Counted from the stretch's first letter, positions 27,846-38,627 are shown. The stretch is 64,000 nt of DNA from Candidatus Cloacimonadales bacterium (GCA_963665815.1 OY762463.1:2208001-2272000); one strand, 5' to 3'. Notes: generated from the sequence alone by a model not told the origin. Numbers and translations are program-made.

Positions 27846-30800
27846 TAGAATCTCCTTCTGACCATTATAAAGGCAATCAGGTTAAACACCAGTGAATAGA
27901 TAAGAATCACCAGAATATTTATGAAATACTTATTATATTCCTTGTTGAAAATTTTCATTTTCGTTGCCATGAAGTAATTTCTGTTTCTATTCAGATATTT
28001 TGAATTCTCTGAATCCACCCAGTTATTTATCTCAGTATTCCTGAACAGGTTTTCCGAATGTTTACTGGAAAACTGGAATGACTCATTCAACAGTTTGCTC
28101 TTAGTTCTATAGTCTTTTGCATTTTTCCTCGCAAGAGACAACCTGTTCATATTTTTATCATAATAATTAAGTTCAGCCTGAGCCACTGCAAGACCTTCAA
28201 ACAACCATCTTGAAGATATAATTTCACAGAACTCCGGTACGGATGCACCCTGCCGTATTCTTAAAAAAGGATTCATGTCTTCAAACTTTATAACTGCTCC
28301 TGCAAACATAATCTGAGGAATAAGTACGATTGGCAGAACGTTGATCAATGCAGATCTGTCATCAAGAACCGCAGAGGCTATCAATCCGATTGTAAAACCG
28401 CTCATTCCTGCCAGAAAGAGAAACAAAACATATACCGAGTAAATATTTCTGATCTCCAATATAGAGCATGATATAAAAACATACAGCATGACTTGAATAA
28501 TGTTAAATATACTCAATGTGATATTCTTGCTTATCAGAACATATAGTACTTTTATATTCATTTTCCGTTCTCTCGATATAATCCTCTTCTCAGATAGTAA
28601 CTCATCAAGACTGTTGGAAAGTCCCAGAAAAATAAATATAATTACTGAAATGAAAATGAAGGTCGGCATATTTGTATTATCACCAAATATATATTCTCCG
28701 TTTTCATTGACATTCCTGAGTATCAGTGAAACCAGTATAGCCAGCATTGGTGAAGCAATGAAGGTTACAATAATATTCAAACGGTTTGTGAGTTTATTGA
28801 TTAAATTTCTGGTGAAAACATAATAGAATTGCATAATATTATCTTTAATTGTTAATTTTGTTTCTGCAATTCTACTGTTCACTCCGATTTTTTCATTTTC
28901 ATCATCTTCAGATTGATTTATAATCTCCAGAAGCTTTTGCTTTTTATATTTGTTCTTCCAGTAAAATGGTGGAAATTTACGTTGTACTCTAATTTCAGTA
29001 TCTGTTATATTCGTAGAAATCAGAGGCTCGGAATATTCTATAATATCAAAGAAGAACTCAGGCATTCGCAGTTTCTTTTTCGTTTCGAGAGATGATTTGT
29101 TGAAAACAATTGTCTGAAGTTCCTTATTAAAGAAATTAAAAGCTTTTTTGGTTGATCCGAAGTAGACTTGGACTCCACCTTTATCGAGAAACAGAAGCTT
29201 ATCAAAATTCTGGTAGATTTCCGGATTCGGCTGATGAATTGTTGCAATAATTATTTTCCCCTGATCACGCAAATCATTGAGCATTTCCAATAAGTTCTCT
29301 GAATCTTTTGATGAAAGCCCGGATGTAGGTTCATCAAGAATAATTACCTGGGGGTCAGCAAGAAGCTCCAGAGCAATATTCAATCTTTTTCGTTGTCCTC
29401 CACTAAGCAGTTTGTTCATCAGATCACCGACACGCAAATGCTTCTTTTCATATAGTCCGATCTGTCGTAAAATATTATCTATTCTTTTATCAATATCCTC
29501 TCTGTTTCTGAGATGGGGAATTCTCAATCTGGCACAATAATATAGATTCTGGTACACTGTAAGGTTTGCAAAAAGCAGGTCATCTTGAGGAACATATCCG
29601 ATGTGCTTCTGGAATGCGGCAAAATTTCTGTAGAAATCGAATCCATCTACAAGAACTTTAGCCTGTTTCGGTAGAATTTCACCTGTAAATGTTTTGAGTA
29701 GTGTTGTTTTTCCACTTCCACTTGGTCCCATAATCGCAAGTAACTCACCTTTATTAAGCTCAAAATTGATGTTTTCGAGAGCAATAGTCTGACCTTTATC
29801 AAATTCATGATATATGTTTTCTACAGTGATGTTTTTTATCTCGAAATCTACTTTCAGTATATCGAAAAATCTGTTAATCTTGAATGTTTGATTTTCATGT
29901 GAAATAACATCCGTATTAAAGGAAAATTCTTGTTTTCCGGATAAGACAGTATTATTCACAAAAACCGTTTTCTGCTTACTGGCTGGTTGAATAAAGACAG
30001 ATTTATTGTCTTTTGTAATCTTCAGTATTGTGTCAGATGTATGCTTATTTGCAATCTTAAAAAATGAGTCCGAATAATTCACATATACACTTGTTATTGA
30101 ATCAACCGAGAAACTCAATTGATCTTTTTCCAGAAGAAGTTTTTTCCCTGAAAAATCCTTTTCTATTATCAGTACATCATCAATTGCAATTCGCTCCGGT
30201 TGCTTAATAAGCTTCTTATTAACTAAAACAGATGTCGAACCGGGATCGGCAGTCAGTTTTGCTCCGCTATAGTTTATCCACACAGATGTATCCTCATAGG
30301 GAATTCTGATAGATTGTTTCTGCTGGTGCATGTGAAGTTGATACAATGAAGTTATATCATCATAAGTTAACTGTGTTTTGCTATCACTGAAATTTCTATA
30401 GCTGAGTTTATCTGCTGTATTCATCAGATAGAACTCATTTTTAATCAAGGGAAGATCGTTTAGATAGAACTCGTTGGATTTCTGAGTACCTACAAGTGTA
30501 AAATCCTTTATCATGAGAACTACAAGGTTACAGTTTGAGAATGGCTTAATAAAAACATCACATGAGTCTTTCTCACCGAAAACGAGAAAATTTTTAAATG
30601 TCGAGAAATCTTTTTCACGGATAAATGGAATAACATCCAATTCAATTGCATTTGATTTCCCTTCGAGGATATCAAGGAGCTGCTCGTATATTTTTATATC
30701 GATATAAAGCAGGTCGACAAATTTAATTAATTCAAGACTTCCAATAATCTCAAATTTTTTTTTCATGTACACAATTGAGAACAAAGTAAGTAGTAATTTG

Positions 30801-31042
30801 AATTTATCTGTCTCGTGCAAACACATTTTGAGTATATTTGTAGCTTGCCTGATAGACAGAATATTCTTAGTGGAGGAATGGTTCATACTGAACCGCAACT
30901 CATTGCCAAGCAAAGAAGTAAGCAGTGTGTCAATTGTCTCAATATCTTCAGACTCAATATGTCTGATACGAGAAAGTTGAACATAAATTGAAACAACAGC
31001 CTGATAAATCAGGTTAATATCTTTAGTGTTAGTTTTTTCCAT
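27845..31042 (-). CDS. ABCG/white-type ABC transporter (ATPase + permease fused) with long N-terminal extension (TerB-like, FHA-like)
   Basis: GPSGSGKTT, GYVPQDD, LSGGQRKR, ILDEPTSGL, TIHQP, C-terminal TMs with LIPQIMFAG. About 400-aa N-terminal extension. Confidence 0.85.
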   Translation of the reverse strand: MEKTNTKDINLIYQAVVSIYVQLSRIRHIESEDIETIDTLLTSLLGNELRFSMNHSSTKNILSIRQATNILKMCLHETDKFKLLLTLFSIVYMKKKFEIIGSLELIKFVDLLYIDIKIYEQLLDILEGKSNAIELDVIPFIREKDFSTFKNFLVFGEKDSCDVFIKPFSNCNLVVLMIKDFTLVGTQKSNEFYLNDLPLIKNEFYLMNTADKLSYRNFSDSKTQLTYDDITSLYQLHMHQQKQSIRIPYEDTSVWINYSGAKLTADPGSTSVLVNKKLIKQPERIAIDDVLIIEKDFSGKKLLLEKDQLSFSVDSITSVYVNYSDSFFKIANKHTSDTILKITKDNKSVFIQPASKQKTVFVNNTVLSGKQEFSFNTDVISHENQTFKINRFFDILKVDFEIKNITVENIYHEFDKGQTIALENINFELNKGELLAIMGPSGSGKTTLLKTFTGEILPKQAKVLVDGFDFYRNFAAFQKHIGYVPQDDLLFANLTVYQNLYYCARLRIPHLRNREDIDKRIDNILRQIGLYEKKHLRVGDLMNKLLSGGQRKRLNIALELLADPQVIILDEPTSGLSSKDSENLLEMLNDLRDQGKIIIATIHQPNPEIYQNFDKLLFLDKGGVQVYFGSTKKAFNFFNKELQTIVFNKSSLETKKKLRMPEFFFDIIEYSEPLISTNITDTEIRVQRKFPPFYWKNKYKKQKLLEIINQSEDDENEKIGVNSRIAETKLTIKDNIMQFYYVFTRNLINKLTNRLNIIVTFIASPMLAILVSLILRNVNENGEYIFGDNTNMPTFIFISVIIFIFLGLSNSLDELLSEKRIISRERKMNIKVLYVLISKNITLSIFNIIQVMLYVFISCSILEIRNIYSVYVLFLFLAGMSGFTIGLIASAVLDDRSALINVLPIVLIPQIMFAGAVIKFEDMNPFLRIRQGASVPEFCEIISSRWLFEGLAVAQAELNYYDKNMNRLSLARKNAKDYRTKSKLLNESFQFSSKHSENLFRNTEINNWVDSENSKYLNRNRNYFMATKMKIFNKEYNKYFINILVILIYSLVFNLIAFIMVRRRF

Positions 31043-31126
31043 GTTATCCTCAACAAACATAGTGTAAAATGAGAAAAATCTTGCAAGAAATTTATTGTAT
31101 TTTATTTTAAAGCTGAAGGGGGAATT

Positions 31127-31588
31127 ATGCCTGCAAAAGCTCCTGATTTCGCTTTAAGTAATCAGAAAAAAGATGAAAAATGTTTAAAAGATTATGCAGA
31201 CAAATGGTTAGTTCTGTTCTTTTTTTCGGAAGATAATGACGAAGACTGTACTGCCGAAATTGTTGAGTTCAGCCAGAAAAGATCGAAATTCAGTTCTTAT
31301 AATTCCGTTGTGGTTGGAATTAGCCCTGATTCTGTAGATACTCACAGAAAGTTTGCCAAGAAGCATAAAATTGGCATTGAGTTACTTAGTGATCCTCAAA
31401 AGGAAACTGTAAAGAACTACAAAGCCTGGGGTATAAGAAATATTCTTGCAGAAGATGACGAATGTGTTATCCGAAGCACTTTTCTTATTAATCCTAATGG
31501 AATGATAGTTTACTCATGGAAGAACATGCAGGTTAAAGGTCATGTTTCCAAAGTTCTGAAAAAAGTTGCAGAATTTCAGGCAGGATAA
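31127..31588 (+). CDS. bcp: BCP/PrxQ-type peroxiredoxin homolog with atypical active-site loop
   Basis: APDFAL, VVGISPDSVDTHRKF, LLSD, RSTFLI, VKGH. Confidence 0.8.
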   Translation: MPAKAPDFALSNQKKDEKCLKDYADKWLVLFFFSEDNDEDCTAEIVEFSQKRSKFSSYNSVVVGISPDSVDTHRKFAKKHKIGIELLSDPQKETVKNYKAWGIRNILAEDDECVIRSTFLINPNGMIVYSWKNMQVKGHVSKVLKKVAEFQAG

Positions 31589-31590
31589 TA

Positions 31591-32544
31591 ATGAAGTTGT
31601 TGCTGAAAATCAGTTTTCTGCTGATTTCAATTACACTTTATGCCCAAAATGGGGGAATTTACGAGATAAACAGTGGTAGAAAAGGTGTGAAATTATTTGA
31701 CTCAGGTAATTTCCGTGGCAAATGGTCTGAGATTATAAGTTTGAATCTTAACAATGATGGATTGTCTGATTTGATGTTAATCAATCATAACAAGACCAAA
31801 CTGAAAATGTTATCTGTTAAGGATAAAATCACTAAAGTAAATTCCGATATTGAAATGAATTTTCTCTGGAATTTTGTTAATGCTGTAGACCTTAATGGTG
31901 ACAAAATAAGTGAAATTGTCTTTATGGACAGTTCCTGTGTAAATGGTCGAGTCTGTAGTTATAGCACCTCAGAAAACAAATATATCTGTGATACACTTAA
32001 ATCTCTATCAGCAATTGAAAATCCTTCACATGTTATTGCGTTGCGAACTGATAAGTCTGATAGTGAAAAACTTCTGATGTACAGCAGTAAATCCGGAATT
32101 GCTGCCGTTTATATGGTTGATCAGGGAAACAATCTTGTGAAGATTACTGATGAGTTTAACCTGCAAAAAGGATTTGATCAGCTTATTGCAACAAATACAA
32201 ATGGTGACAAAATCTCAGAATTGATGCTCCTGAACAAGAAAAAGCAGTTTTACAAACTCGTGACCTTTAAAGAAAACAATGTAAATACTATTCTGGATAG
32301 TGTTAAAGTATCAATAAAGTGGGATAACGTAATCAATGGTAATTTTGGTTCAGGAAGATCTCAAGGGGATTTCATTTTCAACAGTAAGTCTTCTGGTAAA
32401 CAGCATATTTTTAAGCTGGATTTTAATGGACTCCTTGTTCCTTTCAAATATCCTACATGTAATTTAGGTGCAAAATGGGACATGATTGTTCCCGGAAAGT
32501 TCTCTTACAATTACACAGATGGAATACTTTTATATAAAAACTGA
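31591..32544 (+). CDS. Secreted FG-GAP/VCBS-like repeat protein
   Basis: Signal peptide; NLNNDGLSDL, DLNGDKISEI, NTNGDKISEL and W..(V/I)..G.F repeats. Confidence 0.65.
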   Translation: MKLLLKISFLLISITLYAQNGGIYEINSGRKGVKLFDSGNFRGKWSEIISLNLNNDGLSDLMLINHNKTKLKMLSVKDKITKVNSDIEMNFLWNFVNAVDLNGDKISEIVFMDSSCVNGRVCSYSTSENKYICDTLKSLSAIENPSHVIALRTDKSDSEKLLMYSSKSGIAAVYMVDQGNNLVKITDEFNLQKGFDQLIATNTNGDKISELMLLNKKKQFYKLVTFKENNVNTILDSVKVSIKWDNVINGNFGSGRSQGDFIFNSKSSGKQHIFKLDFNGLLVPFKYPTCNLGAKWDMIVPGKFSYNYTDGILLYKN

Positions 32545-33771
32545 TCAAGACATTATCAGAGGAATTGCATAAGGTGTAAGCTGTTCATGCAGCATATCTC
32601 TGATTTTCTCTACCTGCTTATCATACAGCTTTTTTCTTTCACCTTTCAACTTAAGCGCTCCAACCATTTTCAATCTCTTAGGATTAATCCATCTACCACG
32701 TTGTTTCAGTCCAAAATGAAGGTGTGGTCCGGTTGAATTACCTGTTGATCCTACAACACCGATCTTAGTTCCTTTTGTAACCCTTTGTCCTCTTCTTACA
32801 TAAATTTTATTTAGATGCGCATATTGAGAAGTCATATTTGAATGCTGAATTCGTACTTCATTTCCATAACCTCCGTTTCTTCCTGCAGAGATTACTTTTC
32901 CACTGGAAACAGCATATACGGGTGTTCCTCGAGAACCTCTGTAATCTATACCGTTATGATGAATTCTTCTTCCGTAAATTGGATGAAGTCTGTAACCAAA
33001 TGGAGACGTAACATGAAGACTGTTCAGAGGAGCTCTGACAGCATTCTGTAGTAGTGTTTTTCCCTCTGGTGTATACATCCCGTTATATGCAGACGATTCG
33101 TCACTGTCTATGAAACGAAAAGCTTCATGGAAATTAGTTCTCTTTCCTGAATAAGCAGTATAAATTACGCGAGATCTTGGTAGTTTAACTCCCTTGAAAT
33201 ATCTGTCTTCAATAAGAACATAAAAGAAATCTCCGTTTCTGGCGTCTGTCTGAAAACTGATTTCTGACTCAAGAGCATTATTTACTACCTGCTTAACTCC
33301 CTGCTCCAGTCCAAGGCTCAGAAGCGAGTTATTAAGATTGTTTTTCACTGTTCCGGTTAAAAATCTCATTCGCTTTTCAACAGGCAGAGTTTTTCTCTCA
33401 TATTTATATTGTTCACCATTAATATTCAGGATATGAGCTGTTATTACGTCCGGTTTATAGATTATTGCAAGCGAATCGTCTTTTTGAGCTGCCCTTACAA
33501 TAATTAAACTATCTCCGGGTTGAATTGTACTTACATCAACATATTGTCCAAGTTCGTAAGTGTATTTTGCCACCTGCATATTAGTCAGTTTTGATTTTAT
33601 CATCAGTTCGTACAGGCTTTGCCCAGGTTTGATTTCAAACGCATAAGCATCTGAGGTTGTTTTATTTTTTTTTATTTTTATTACTGAATCTACTGTTTTC
33701 TTTTCTTCTTTTTTGCATCCCAAGATTGAAATTAAAATAACTATCAGGCAGAACAGATTTTTTTTAAGCAT
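32545..33771 (-). CDS. M23 family metallo-endopeptidase (MepM-like lipoprotein)
   Basis: ILGC lipobox; VTSPFGYRLHPI, HNGIDY, STGPHLHF. Confidence 0.92.
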   Translation of the reverse strand: MLKKNLFCLIVILISILGCKKEEKKTVDSVIKIKKNKTTSDAYAFEIKPGQSLYELMIKSKLTNMQVAKYTYELGQYVDVSTIQPGDSLIIVRAAQKDDSLAIIYKPDVITAHILNINGEQYKYERKTLPVEKRMRFLTGTVKNNLNNSLLSLGLEQGVKQVVNNALESEISFQTDARNGDFFYVLIEDRYFKGVKLPRSRVIYTAYSGKRTNFHEAFRFIDSDESSAYNGMYTPEGKTLLQNAVRAPLNSLHVTSPFGYRLHPIYGRRIHHNGIDYRGSRGTPVYAVSSGKVISAGRNGGYGNEVRIQHSNMTSQYAHLNKIYVRRGQRVTKGTKIGVVGSTGNSTGPHLHFGLKQRGRWINPKRLKMVGALKLKGERKKLYDKQVEKIRDMLHEQLTPYAIPLIMS

Positions 33772-34049
33772 AATACTTCCTTGAATATAGTCAACTCACA
33801 ATTGAGTAATACAGACTAAAATTGCAAGCAAAATCTACAGGTTTTTGTTTCTTCACAGACCTTAGGGAGAAAATCCGAAAATCAATTTTGAGAATTTCCT
33901 TTAATCATTGAGCTGAATGAACCGAAAATCAATAATATGTTTCTTATTGTTATCATTGACGTTACATACAGCAAAAAGATGTAAAATTTATTCTGAAATA
34001 AATTGACGGTATTTCTTGTTAATATAGTTTATCATTGAGAGAGGTATAT

Positions 34050-37000
34050 ATGAAATTATTAAGCTTAAGTTTCTTTATGTGCCTGTTATGTATTGCTTTC
34101 AATATTGTGGCTGCAGAACAGGTATATGACTCTAAGATCAGTGATGATCTTAATGAAGCAATGTCTACCAACGATAGTTTTATTGATGTTAATATTCATC
34201 TAATCGGTTATCCTCAGGGCGAGTTACTGAAAATGGTGAAGGGAATGAAAAATTCTGAAAAGCGTCAATTTGTTCGTAATGAACTGACTGAGTTCAATCA
34301 AAACAGGCAGAAACAGGTAATCAGTATTCTCGAAAATAATCCGGATAAAGTAGATTCTTATAATACATACTGGATTGCCAATGTTGTTACAGCCCGAATT
34401 AAACCGGAACTGATTTCCAAGCTTTCGGATATTAACAATGTATTCATGCTTGATCATGATAAAAACAAGAAAATGCTGGTTGAACCGGCAACAAGAAACG
34501 GTGAAACACGTTTGAATACTGAACGTGATATTACTCAGAATGTGCTGGATGTTCAGGCAGACATGGTCTGGAATAACGGCTATTATGGAAACGGCATTAT
34601 TGTTGCTGTGCTTGATACAGGTGTAAATTACAATCATAATGATTTAGCAGGAAATATGTGGTCAGACACTCAATATCCGAATCATGGTTATGATTTTGCA
34701 TACGATGATAACGATCCAATGGATGGAGACGGTCACGGTACTCATTGTGCCGGAACTATTGCCGGTCAGGGTGCTTCAGGTACTCAGACTGGTATTGCTC
34801 CTCAGGCTACAATAATGGCATTGAAGGTTCTTGATGATAATGGCGGTGGACAAGAGTCCAGTGTATGGAATGCTGCTCAGTTTGCTATTGATCATGGTGC
34901 AAATGTATTAAGCATTTCTCTTGGCTGGTCACATTGGAACAATCCCGTATACTCAACTTGGAGATCTACTTTTGAAACTGTTCAGGCTGCCGGTATTGTT
35001 GCATTGGTTGCAGCCGGGAATGATGGTGGCTCACATTGGTTACAACCGCCAAGAAATGTAGGTACACCCGGAAATTGTCCTCCTCCATGGCTTCATCCGG
35101 ACCAGACCCTTACCGGGGGAACAACCGCTGTTGTAAGTATCGGAGCCTCAGATGGAACATCCGGTGTTGCCCAATTCTCCAGTAGAGGACCATGTATATG
35201 GAGTGATGTAAGTCCTTATAATGATTATCCATACAATCCTGAAATGGGACTCATCAGACCTGACGTATGTGCTCCGGGTGTTGGAATTACATCCCTGGAT
35301 TACAATGATACTTACGGATATGAACATGGTTGGGATGGTACATCTATGGCAACACCATGTACTGCCGGAATTGCAGCTCTTATGCTTTCAAAGAATCCTG
35401 ACTTGAGTCCTGCTGATATTAATCAGATTCTGGAAACAACAGCGACTCCATTAGTTCAGGGGAAAAATAATGACTCAGGATCAGGAATTGTAAATGCATA
35501 TCAGGCAGTTCAAGCAGTATCTCTTCCGAATACACCTCCGGGACAGGCTATAAATCCTGTTCCTGCTGATGCAGCAATTAACATTGGAACATCACCTGAA
35601 TTGCGCTGGGAAAGACCCTCAGGTGCAAGAAACTATAAATTCTATTTTGGAACAGATCTACCTCCAACAAATATTGTATACGCTGACAGTTTAAACACTA
35701 CACATTTCAGCCTTGATTCTCTTCTTTCATATAATACAACTTATTACTGGAGAGTTGATGCTGTTAACAGTTTTGCAGAAACACAAGGAAATACATGGAG
35801 TTTTACAACAGGTTCAGAACCGGATATAGATTTTGAGGAAGGTCATTTTGTTGATTACCAATGGTTTAATCAAACTCTTTATCTTTGGAACTTCAATCAG
35901 CAACAGGCTTATAGTGGTAATTATAGCTTAAAATCCGGTGGAGTTCCAGATAATCAAGCTTCAGAGCTTCTGCTTACTCTCAATGTTCTGGAAGATGGTT
36001 ATATCTCATTCTATCGAAAAGTCTCCTGTCAGGATTCTGATAATGACTATGCTGACTTCCTTTCATTCACTATTGATGATACAGAGCTGGATAGATGGGA
36101 TGGCGAAGAGAACTGGGATATTGCAACATATCCTGTGACAGCTGGTCAACATTCATTCAGCTGGAAATATCAAAAAAACGGAACAACTGTTTCAGGTTCT
36201 GATTGTGCCTGGATTGACTATATAATATTACCGCCGCATGCAAGAAAGCTGAAGAATGTAAATTATTCTTTAGAAAATGTTAACGAATTATCGGTTAACT
36301 GGGAGAGTCCTTATACATCAAACGGATCATATCTTGGTTGTCGCATTTTCAAGAATAACGAAGACTATGCTTTTGTGGATTATAATTCTCCATCTTCATT
36401 TGTGGACACAGGACTTGAACTTGGTGACACAGAATATAAGCTTCGTGCTGAATATCAGAATAATATATTCAGAGATATTGAGTTCACTATCAATGTAGCT
36501 TTTGAAGATCCATATAATCTTACAGGAACAAATACCGAACATAATGACTACGAGTTTACATGGAGCTACAATTTCCCATCAGACAGAATTTTCTCACAGT
36601 TTGAACTATTCATGGATGATGAACTGATAGGTACAACAACGGATACATCATTTGTAATAAATGACCTAACCGCCGGAGAACATATATTCAAAGTAAGAGC
36701 TGACTATGATGGAGCATACAGCAATTTCTCTCCTGAATATACTCTTTTAATAATCAGTAATGATGATGCAGATGTCCCGGAATTACTTCCAACAGGTATT
36801 AACAGCATTTATCCATCACCATTCAATCCGGAAACAACGGTTTCATTCAGTCTTGAAAAAGAATCAAATTCTGAAGTCTCTGTATATAACATTAAAGGGG
36901 AGAGAGTAACAGTACTGTCCAAAGGTGTTATTAATGCAGGAAATCACAGTGTTAAATGGACAGGAAACAATGATGCAGGTAAATCAGTATCATCCGGTGT

Positions 37001-37064
37001 TTATTTCTTTGTCCTTAAAACAAACAATTCTCAGGATGTTAAAAAAGCTATCCTGCTGAAATAG
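34050..37064 (+). CDS. S8 subtilisin-like serine peptidase with Fn3-like domains and FlgD-Ig/T9SS-type CTD
   Basis: VAVLDTGV, GHGTHCAG and GTSMATP triad motifs; IYPSPFNPET CTD. Confidence 0.93.
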   Translation: MKLLSLSFFMCLLCIAFNIVAAEQVYDSKISDDLNEAMSTNDSFIDVNIHLIGYPQGELLKMVKGMKNSEKRQFVRNELTEFNQNRQKQVISILENNPDKVDSYNTYWIANVVTARIKPELISKLSDINNVFMLDHDKNKKMLVEPATRNGETRLNTERDITQNVLDVQADMVWNNGYYGNGIIVAVLDTGVNYNHNDLAGNMWSDTQYPNHGYDFAYDDNDPMDGDGHGTHCAGTIAGQGASGTQTGIAPQATIMALKVLDDNGGGQESSVWNAAQFAIDHGANVLSISLGWSHWNNPVYSTWRSTFETVQAAGIVALVAAGNDGGSHWLQPPRNVGTPGNCPPPWLHPDQTLTGGTTAVVSIGASDGTSGVAQFSSRGPCIWSDVSPYNDYPYNPEMGLIRPDVCAPGVGITSLDYNDTYGYEHGWDGTSMATPCTAGIAALMLSKNPDLSPADINQILETTATPLVQGKNNDSGSGIVNAYQAVQAVSLPNTPPGQAINPVPADAAINIGTSPELRWERPSGARNYKFYFGTDLPPTNIVYADSLNTTHFSLDSLLSYNTTYYWRVDAVNSFAETQGNTWSFTTGSEPDIDFEEGHFVDYQWFNQTLYLWNFNQQQAYSGNYSLKSGGVPDNQASELLLTLNVLEDGYISFYRKVSCQDSDNDYADFLSFTIDDTELDRWDGEENWDIATYPVTAGQHSFSWKYQKNGTTVSGSDCAWIDYIILPPHARKLKNVNYSLENVNELSVNWESPYTSNGSYLGCRIFKNNEDYAFVDYNSPSSFVDTGLELGDTEYKLRAEYQNNIFRDIEFTINVAFEDPYNLTGTNTEHNDYEFTWSYNFPSDRIFSQFELFMDDELIGTTTDTSFVINDLTAGEHIFKVRADYDGAYSNFSPEYTLLIISNDDADVPELLPTGINSIYPSPFNPETTVSFSLEKESNSEVSVYNIKGERVTVLSKGVINAGNHSVKWTGNNDAGKSVSSGVYFFVLKTNNSQDVKKAILLK

Positions 37065-37084
37065 ATATCACATTTGAAAAAGAT

Positions 37085-37114
37085 AAGCCTGCGGATAAAC
37101 TCTGCAGGCTTTTT
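37085..37114 (+). terminator. Rho-independent terminator
   Basis: AAGCCTGCGGA-TAAAC-TCTGCAGGCTT followed by a T-tract. Confidence 0.8.
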
Positions 37115-37134
37115 ATAATTATGCTAAGCTCTTT

Positions 37135-37926
37135 TTACTTTTTCAGTTCTTTTCGTTCTATCTCAATCCCTTTTTCTTTCAGATATGCAATCAGTTTCTC
37201 AATCTCGAGCCTTTCCTGATCTTCTTTGGGCCAGGTAAGCCATCTTGCTACATAATCCTGAATATACTCATCTCCGTTCCATGAAGTATTCAAAGGTAAA
37301 GTTAAATCTACTCCAAGAGAATCAACAAGATAGTAAATAACATCAATTCTTGCGTATGATGCTGCAGCACCGAGAGTAGACTGATTAATCTCTGTGACAG
37401 GTTTTGCTCCATATTTTACAAGAAGCTTAACTGCCTCTAAATCCATTCCGGCTGCTTCTGTTATGGGATGTTTCGGTTTTGTATCTGCTCTGGACATTCT
37501 TTTAAATAAGAATTTTGGTTGGTTTGGATCTGCTCCATAGTCAAGTAGCAACTTCGTAAACTCAAAATTGGTTCTCCATTCAAATTGACTACCATGATAT
37601 TTCAATGAAGAATGCAGTACAACTTTCGAACTGTCTTCATTTACATAGTTTGGATTTGCTCCAAGCTCAAGCAGTTTTTTGAATGCCTCGAGTTTTTCAA
37701 GATCAATGCATAGCTGAAGAAGGTTTGTTTCATAATTAGAAATTGCATGAATTGATTTTGGATTTTTCTTAACGAGTTTATCTATCTTCACAACATCATT
37801 TTTTTCACAGGCTTTTGCTATCCTGAACCCATTTGTGTCCTCGAAAGCTTTCACATGCCTGTGCTCTGCTGATAAACTCATAAGTAATGTCAGCACAGTA
37901 ATGAGAAATATTGTTCTTTTTATCAT
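37135..37926 (-). CDS. Exported ankyrin-repeat protein
   Basis: Signal peptide; LLELGANPN, LLDYGADPN and LLVKYGA repeats. Confidence 0.8.
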   Translation of the reverse strand: MIKRTIFLITVLTLLMSLSAEHRHVKAFEDTNGFRIAKACEKNDVVKIDKLVKKNPKSIHAISNYETNLLQLCIDLEKLEAFKKLLELGANPNYVNEDSSKVVLHSSLKYHGSQFEWRTNFEFTKLLLDYGADPNQPKFLFKRMSRADTKPKHPITEAAGMDLEAVKLLVKYGAKPVTEINQSTLGAAASYARIDVIYYLVDSLGVDLTLPLNTSWNGDEYIQDYVARWLTWPKEDQERLEIEKLIAYLKEKGIEIERKELKK

Positions 37927-38156
37927 AATGACTCCTTAACAAAAAGTAAGATAAATATCAAAATCAGTCAATTTAATGCTTTAACAAAATTCATATCCTC
38001 ATCCACATATTTACTTAAATCTTAATAGCTGATCAAATGCATGTGATCTATTGATTCAATGCACATCTAATAAGTAAAAATTTTCCTGCCCTAGTAATAA
38101 ATTCCCTCCGGTTGGTCAAAAATATCTCTAAAACAGTATACATTTAGTAAAATCTA

Positions 38157-38173
38157 TTGGCACAGACTATGCA
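38157..38173 (+). promoter_or_regulatory. Sigma-54 (-24/-12) promoter
   Basis: TTGGCACAGACTATGCA closely matches TGGCAC-N5-TTGCA and lies 46 bp before the ATG at 38220. Confidence 0.7.
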
Positions 38174-38219
38174 TTAATACTGCTGAGTGTTTGTTTATTA
38201 TGAGAGAAACGGAGGATCG

Positions 38220-38627
38220 ATGAGATACTATCGTGTGACAGGAATAAGTCAGAATGAAGATATGCAGGTTTATTGTCTTGATTTTGAAGACTTCCAAAGA
38301 AACTATCCTGAGTTCTATCAGGGTAAATTATCGTTTGCTTTTTTAAAAGATTTTGTATTAGTTTTGAGAATGGATCTTGCTCTTATGTTGACAGAAAAAT
38401 ATGAAGAACTTCATATTGTTGACGATTTTGGCAATATAATTGATTATGAAGATGATCTGGATCATCAGCATGAAAACTCAGCCCTGAGACTGGCATACTT
38501 GTACCAGCAGGCAGCAGATTTCGATGTTGATGTCGATGGTCTGTCTGAGCTCGAAATTAAATTCGCAATCAGGGAAAAGAAAAACGAAAAGAAAATGCTG
38601 CAGAAGATTCTGCAGGAAGTATCTTAG
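38220..38627 (+). CDS. Hypothetical acidic cytoplasmic protein
   Basis: GGAGG RBS before ATG 38220; 135-aa ORF. Confidence 0.65.
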   Translation: MRYYRVTGISQNEDMQVYCLDFEDFQRNYPEFYQGKLSFAFLKDFVLVLRMDLALMLTEKYEELHIVDDFGNIIDYEDDLDHQHENSALRLAYLYQQAADFDVDVDGLSELEIKFAIREKKNEKKMLQKILQEVS

